A DNA stretch of 64,000 nt from Rickettsiales bacterium (lineage in GTDB: Bacteria; Pseudomonadota; Alphaproteobacteria; Rickettsiales; RGZB01), in the NCBI GenBank assembly GCA_044356525.1, contig JBIKVZ010000002.1, positions 2,612-66,611 of the forward strand, in the 5' to 3' direction. The translations under genes were made by a program, and so were the position numbers. The notes under the pieces are model-generated. The model was not told where the DNA came from, did not search any database, and saw only the letters and a program-made list of their open reading frames with translations. This document shows, one piece after another, positions 59,558-64,000 of this stretch. Position 1 is the stretch's first letter; every line of letters begins with the position of its first letter.

Positions 59558-60103
59558 TTATTTTTTCCACAAATAGAGAATTAATACGGCAACAGGTATC
59601 AGAAATGCATAAGCAAAAAGCAATTGCTTTAACGGGCTTAGGCCCTCAAATTTTTTGTTAAACATTTGAAGTCTTTTAACAGTTTCCAGGCCTGATAAGT
59701 AATTTTTATATTGGTCAAAAGAGCCCCCATCGATGATCTGGTTGATGCCTATAAATACAGCCAAGCAAAGCATGGGTACATATGCCATTTCACTCCTCAG
59801 TGGGCTGCAGCCGTGGTTGTGATAGCAACCGATGCTTAAGATCCAAATTGTAATTGCAATTACACTGTAAGCACCAAGCAGCCATGGGAGTTTTTTATTT
59901 TCCATCGCCCAGCGCCAGGCATATGTAGTCCATACGGGTGAGGTGACTAAGGCATAATAAAACATCTGCATGATTAGCGGCGTACGACGAGCCAACTCAT
60001 TAGCGAGGTCATACGAGATGGGTAGTGCCGCAACCATCCATATAGCGGATAGTGCTATGGCAATTTTTCTTTTATCAATTTTTTGCTGTTTCTCGCTGCC
60101 CAT
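59558..60103 (-). CDS. polytopic membrane protein (181 aa, ~5 TM)
   Basis: Hydrophobic helices run throughout. The stop is 7 nt upstream of the SIR2-like gene start, so the two are probably co-transcribed. No family recognised. Confidence 0.6.
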   Translation of the reverse strand: MGSEKQQKIDKRKIAIALSAIWMVAALPISYDLANELARRTPLIMQMFYYALVTSPVWTTYAWRWAMENKKLPWLLGAYSVIAITIWILSIGCYHNHGCSPLRSEMAYVPMLCLAVFIGINQIIDGGSFDQYKNYLSGLETVKRLQMFNKKFEGLSPLKQLLFAYAFLIPVAVLILYLWKK

Positions 60104-60179
60104 GAATACTATGCCCCTGCTGCATAATTTGGATAAATGAATTATAATCGGAAGGAATCAATTTAATACAAGGAATTCT

Positions 60180-60509
60180 ATGTCTAGAGGTGGCGCAAGG
60201 CCGGGAGCAGGTAGGAAGCCGGGCAGTAAGCTAACTAAGACCGCTGCCATTGCTCATAAGCTCGCGGAGGAGGGGGTAACGCCGCTTGAGTATGTGCTGA
60301 CCCTGATGCGGGATGAATCGCAGCCAGCAGAGCTACGGCTTGAGTGTGCAAAGACGGCAATGCCGTATATCCATCCCCGTATACAGGTTCAGAGCATTAC
60401 GCAGAACAACATGCAGGTGAACAATTACGGCAGCGATGGGCTTAAAAAAGTGCTGGAACAAGTGGAGCAAATTCACGCACTCGGCATGAAACAAGTATTA
60501 AGTCTATAA
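60180..60509 (+). CDS. phage/satellite-type small protein (GARPGAGRKPG N-terminus)
   Basis: 109 aa. MSRGGARPGAGRKPG...TPLEYVL.LMRD...PY.HPR is a pattern I associate with prophage or terminase-small-subunit-like proteins. The function is not established. Confidence 0.55.
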   Translation: MSRGGARPGAGRKPGSKLTKTAAIAHKLAEEGVTPLEYVLTLMRDESQPAELRLECAKTAMPYIHPRIQVQSITQNNMQVNNYGSDGLKKVLEQVEQIHALGMKQVLSL

Positions 60510-60573
60510 ATCAGTTGGTTATTGCCGCATATCGGCTTTGTTTCACTGTTTATATCCCCGTGTTTGAAACATG
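60489..60573 (+). repeat. repeat E (partner D at 48375-48455)
   Basis: It covers the last codons of the 109-aa gene plus the spacer before the primase-helicase stop. See repeat D. Confidence 0.8.
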
Positions 60574-60580
60574 AAACAGC

Positions 60581-62077
60581 CTACTTTTTCTTCTTCAGCA
60601 GCCGATTCACCTTCGCCGCACTACAGCCTAACTCCTCGGCTATTTCGCGTTGTTTGTACCCATCAGCATGCAGCGCGAATACTTTCTCACTCAGACTATC
60701 TTCCAGGTCCTTTACAGCCCACTCAAAAGCCCCATCCTTCAAAATAGATGTTGCCTCAAAAGGCTTTGCTTTCTCTCCATAAAAACCGCGTGCCTTTTCG
60801 TAATGCACCTCAAAACTTGCGCCTTTCTGTTGGTCGTGGTCGTTTGGATTTTTTAGCGCTATTACGGTGTCGAGTAAGTCCTCGCGCTTTGAAGTGCCCC
60901 TTTGAAGTCCGCCCTTACCTGCATGGTGCACGATCAGCACAGATATTCCTCTTCTGCGCCATGATAAAAGAAGCTCCTGTATGGGCATCCAAGACTCTGC
61001 CTCATTCTCTTTCCCTTTTCGAGCTAGGGCCGAAAGGTTGTCTAATATTATAAGATCAACCCCATTGGTATGTTGTTCGATCGCATCCCTGCCTTCTTCT
61101 GAACACAAATCCGGCATTCCAACCTCCTGCATATCGGGCGTAATCAATTTAAAGTAATCTTGACTCGGCATTTCGTTTAGGCTGTTGCCCGAAAGGTCTT
61201 TCAACCTTTTTTGCATGTCCACAGCCGTCATCTCACCATCTATATATAAAACTCTGCTTGGCTTGGTGGCCTTCCACCTTCCCCCTAGAGTTGCCGCCCC
61301 TTTTGCTACGGCTACAGCTATGGATAAAGCCACATACGTCTTACCAATCCCACGCGGGGCATACAGCATGACGAGCCCCTGCTTAGGTATGATGGGGTCA
61401 ACGATTATTTCTCGCGGCGGGATCTTTAGGCTAAGGAAGCTTTCCAGGGTAAGGCTTTTGAGAAGTGTTTTCTTTGCGGCAGAAGCGGCGTTGGCAAGGT
61501 AGGCCTTCGCGCGCTCCTGGTCCCAGCCTTCTTCCAACGCATCTGCAGCGTCCCACCCTTTCGGCTTATCTTCCGAGACTGGCAGTACTTTGACCGAAGA
61601 AACAATAGGTCGCAGTAGCTCAACCAGCGCATCGGCATATTTTTTACCCGCCTCATCAGCATCAGGCCAGATGACAACATCCTTATTGGCCAGGGGGGTT
61701 AAATCGGTTTTGTGCGCCGCATTACAGCCACCGGAGGTGGTAATGCACGGGAGATGAGAAAACAGTTTCTGAGCTGCATCGGCCGCTTTCTCACCTTCGC
61801 ATACAATAACAGGCTCATTCGCTTGGTTGCTTAGTCTGTCCAGGCCGTAGAGTGGTCGCGGTTCAGGCCAGATCTTTTTCTGCCAGCCGCTACCACCATC
61901 CTGATCACCCCAAAAAGTGTAAGGAACTATATCCTTGCCACCTTCCTTGTCATAACGACAGACCACCCCAAGCAACGCCCCACTTGCATCCCGATACTCA
62001 AATTGGGTTGAGGGATTTCCTGTAGGGGGCAACCCAGCTGACTCTGGCACCGGCTTTATTAACTGTGCTTCAATCAT
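60581..62077 (-). CDS. Toprim-primase / RecA-like (AAA_25-type) helicase with C-terminal HTH
   Basis: 498 aa. Toprim motifs are VIVCEGEKAADAA and VVIWPDADEAGKKYA. Walker A is APRGIGKT and Walker B is LIILDNLSAL. The C-terminal HTH is KQREIAEELGCSAAKVNRLLKK. Confidence 0.8.
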   Translation of the reverse strand: MIEAQLIKPVPESAGLPPTGNPSTQFEYRDASGALLGVVCRYDKEGGKDIVPYTFWGDQDGGSGWQKKIWPEPRPLYGLDRLSNQANEPVIVCEGEKAADAAQKLFSHLPCITTSGGCNAAHKTDLTPLANKDVVIWPDADEAGKKYADALVELLRPIVSSVKVLPVSEDKPKGWDAADALEEGWDQERAKAYLANAASAAKKTLLKSLTLESFLSLKIPPREIIVDPIIPKQGLVMLYAPRGIGKTYVALSIAVAVAKGAATLGGRWKATKPSRVLYIDGEMTAVDMQKRLKDLSGNSLNEMPSQDYFKLITPDMQEVGMPDLCSEEGRDAIEQHTNGVDLIILDNLSALARKGKENEAESWMPIQELLLSWRRRGISVLIVHHAGKGGLQRGTSKREDLLDTVIALKNPNDHDQQKGASFEVHYEKARGFYGEKAKPFEATSILKDGAFEWAVKDLEDSLSEKVFALHADGYKQREIAEELGCSAAKVNRLLKKKK

Positions 62078-62393
62078 TCAGCGTACCATGTACGTCAAAG
62101 GCTTTGATAAGACGTATGGCGGCCTTGTGATAAGACAGCCCTTTCATGTGGGCATATAGGCTTATGATATCGCCGCCACCATCGCCCGTATTAACGAAGT
62201 GCCAACGACCTGATTGAAAATCTAAGCACAAAAATTTTCCATCGCGTGATGTAAATTCATTCCCAATATACATTCCATTTGGAAATAACGTGGAGAGCAA
62301 TGCCTTTAGCGCCCTACGGTTGCTATTATTAATAACGTAGTAATTTAGGCGTTTGTAATTGATGTAGTGATAGCCGTAATGAATATCTAACAT
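62070..62393 (-). CDS. primase N-terminal-like small protein (107 aa)
   Basis: ...RDGKFLCLDFQSGRWHFVNTGDGGGDIISLYAHMKGLSYHKAA resembles the N-terminal region usually fused to P4-type Toprim primases. It overlaps the next ORF by 8 nt. Confidence 0.5.
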   Translation of the reverse strand: MLDIHYGYHYINYKRLNYYVINNSNRRALKALLSTLFPNGMYIGNEFTSRDGKFLCLDFQSGRWHFVNTGDGGGDIISLYAHMKGLSYHKAAIRLIKAFDVHGTLND

Positions 62394-62609
62394 TTACTGA
62401 GCCCCCTTGCTGTCGGGGTGGTTATTGCTAGCCCAATCAAGGAATGCCTGCTCGTCAACCAGTACAGTGCGACCCACGCGCTTTACACACTTTGCAAAAC
62501 CATTTTCATGCTCGTGAAAAATCAGGTGTCGCAATCCACCTATAGGCGGCCAGACGTGATAATCATTCCATTTTGTGACAGGGATGAGGCGTGTTTTTCT
62601 TTCTTCCAT
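62394..62609 (-). CDS. AlpA/excisionase-like DNA-binding protein
   Basis: 71 aa. The W.PIGGLRHLIF....NGF..CVKRVGRTVLVDEQAFLDW pattern is typical of small excisionase/regulators of integrative elements. Confidence 0.6.
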   Translation of the reverse strand: MEERKTRLIPVTKWNDYHVWPPIGGLRHLIFHEHENGFAKCVKRVGRTVLVDEQAFLDWASNNHPDSKGAQ

Positions 62610-62697
62610 AAAAATGCTCCGAAATGTGAATTAAGTTGCCGTGAAGCACAGAATTGCACATACGATTGAGCCCGCGAAGACCAATAGAAATGAAGTA

Positions 62698-63246
62698 TTA
62701 CTTTTGGGGTCGCCCAGCCTTCAGAATCTTGTTTTGTTTTTTATGGCAGTGGCTCTTGTACTTTTCTGCTACATTTTTAAATGTGCGTTCAAACGCTTCT
62801 ACGGCATTAGATAAGGCTTCTTCTGAGGAATCAATTTTACCCTCAGTTGTTTTAGATGCTGGATAATGCTGATCCCTCAGCTCATGGAAGAATGTTGGAT
62901 CATCTTTTTTAACGCCCGCTTTTTTGACCATGGCCCTTACGGCTTCCCCTGTTATACCAAGCATGGTGGCGGCGGTCTTCGTATGAGTTTTATCGTCTAT
63001 GAAACCGTCTTTACACAAGAGAGTCCGCATCGCAACAAGTTCTAGTAGAGCAGGTGGGGTTTTGGGCTGACCGCGACCTCTTCTTGGCTCTTCTGCAACC
63101 AGCTTTTCTACACCATCCTCTATATCTTTAATTACGTACTTTGGGCAGGGCATCCCGGCTTCTGAGCTTTTTTTCAAATCGTCTATGGACGCAATCAACT
63201 GCCAATACGTATTACTCATTTCTTGCTCCTTTGATAAATTTATCAT
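62698..63246 (-). CDS. hypothetical island protein
   Basis: 182 aa (or 173 aa from MSNTYWQ at 63219). It overlaps the integrase stop. No family recognised. Confidence 0.5.
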   Translation of the reverse strand: MINLSKEQEMSNTYWQLIASIDDLKKSSEAGMPCPKYVIKDIEDGVEKLVAEEPRRGRGQPKTPPALLELVAMRTLLCKDGFIDDKTHTKTAATMLGITGEAVRAMVKKAGVKKDDPTFFHELRDQHYPASKTTEGKIDSSEEALSNAVEAFERTFKNVAEKYKSHCHKKQNKILKAGRPQK

Positions 63247-64000
63247 TCATTCTCCTTACGACCTCAGATGTGTGTGAGTCGGATAGATGCGCATAGCGCT
63301 TAACCATCTGCAGCGTTTTATGGCCAAGCACCTCCGCAATCTCTGCCAAGCTTGCGCCGCTCATGACTAGATAGGAGGCAGCACAGTGCCGCAAATCATG
63401 GAATCGAAAGTCATTTATGCCCGCTGTATCTAATGCCTTTAGCCAAGCACCCCTGATCGATGCTGGTTTCTTTTTGCTGTGCAGGGAGTGGAATATAAGG
63501 CCAGTCTTAAGGTCGATATTTTTTCTGCGACAAACCATTTCGCTCAAAACTGGGCCTTCAATTGGAACCCTTCTGCGTTCACCATTTTTGGTCTGTTCAA
63601 GAATTACGAAACCTTTGTCGAGGTCTAAGTTTTCCCAGCGAATGCTCAATATTTCTCCGAGGCGCATACCGGTTGATACGGCTAGCATCACTATTGGATA
63701 AAGATTCCTGGTTTTTGATTGCTCACAAGCATCCAAGAGACGGAACAAATCATCATCATTCAGAAACCGCACTCGCCCTCTGGGCTCTTTTGGTCGCCGT
63801 ACCTTATTAACTGGATTACTATCCAGCCACGCCCATTCCTTGACCGCGATAGTAAAGGCATGAGAAAGGGCAGCCATGTAGCGCACAACAGTAGAGGGGC
63901 TTCGCCTAATTCCTGGCCGCCCTTCTTCTGCAAGGAGTCTGTCTCTGACCTCTGCTATAAGGGAAGGGCTGATGTCAGAGAGTAAATAACAGCCGAGTTC
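63212..64000 (-). CDS. int: tyrosine recombinase/integrase (5' end beyond window)
   Basis: Catalytic region motifs are ...TGMRLGEIL..., HDLRHCAASYLVMSG and LGHKTLQMVKRYAHL. The frame stays open upstream of the listed Met to position 64000 (ELGCYLLSDISPSLIAEVRDRLL...). Confidence 0.9.
   Translation of the reverse strand, partial: ELGCYLLSDISPSLIAEVRDRLLAEEGRPGIRRSPSTVVRYMAALSHAFTIAVKEWAWLDSNPVNKVRRPKEPRGRVRFLNDDDLFRLLDACEQSKTRNLYPIVMLAVSTGMRLGEILSIRWENLDLDKGFVILEQTKNGERRRVPIEGPVLSEMVCRRKNIDLKTGLIFHSLHSKKKPASIRGAWLKALDTAGINDFRFHDLRHCAASYLVMSGASLAEIAEVLGHKTLQMVKRYAHLSDSHTSEVVRRMNDKFIKGARNE

Larger units (their letters stand above)
46302..64000. mobile_element. mosaic integrative genomic island(s) inserted at tRNA-Leu(CAA), with a P4/PICI-like core at the right end (extends beyond the window)
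   Basis: A tRNA 3'-fragment lies at the left boundary, and an integrase, excisionase and primase-helicase lie at the right. The island carries internal relic repeats, accessory/defence-type cargo and AT-rich stretches. Spot counts give 18/60 G+C at 58261-58320 versus 34/60 at 10021-10080. Confidence 0.8.

Overview
The window looks like a chromosome segment with alphaproteobacterial-type gene order, in two very different parts.

(1) 1-46.3 kb is ordinary, densely packed housekeeping DNA:
- the end of the str operon (fusA', rpsG, rpsL)
- a complete assimilatory sulfate-reduction cluster (cysI, a siroheme-synthase-like gene, cysH, cysD, cysNC, fpr)
- nadE, gltX, cysS, cimA, a TrmJ-like methyltransferase and rpsD
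- cell-wall enzymes (an S11 carboxypeptidase with a SPOR domain, Slt, an M23 peptidase, MurJ)
- hemB, rnhB, a DUF721/DciA-like gene and a DsbA-like gene
- the F0 ATP synthase operon atpI-B-E-F'-F
- a disrupted outer-membrane-protein gene followed by an MshEN-domain::GT2 polysaccharide synthase
- rpmJ, qor, mutL, pgi, an M16 peptidase pair, lspA, ribF and secF

(2) From 46,302 to the window end is a mosaic genomic island. It starts at a 60-nt 3' fragment of tRNA-Leu(CAA) on the minus strand. It ends at a tyrosine integrase that is cut off by the window edge. Parts of it are visibly AT-richer than the core.

The right end (60.2-64 kb) is a P4/PICI-like core: integrase, an AlpA-like excisionase, and a Toprim plus RecA-like primase/helicase. 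Several imperfect direct repeats suggest tandem accretion and decay of related elements. These repeats are relics of the element's left end and of its cargo/core junction.

The cargo includes:
- an M20 peptidase
- a tRNA-Phe-like gene with a defective T-stem
- an OsmC-like gene
- a Y-family polymerase with a duplicated 5' end
- a NagB::LmbE fusion

It also holds two candidate anti-phage loci that I cannot assign to a named system. The first is an EEP nuclease + MazG-like + PD-(D/E)xK::DUF2075 ATPase operon (54.5-57.5 kb). The second is a polytopic membrane protein + SIR2-like protein pair next to a secreted PLD (Nuc-type) nuclease (57.6-60.1 kb).

I saw no CRISPR array, rRNA or IS element. All calls rest on reading the supplied translations and the raw sequence. 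No database searches were run.
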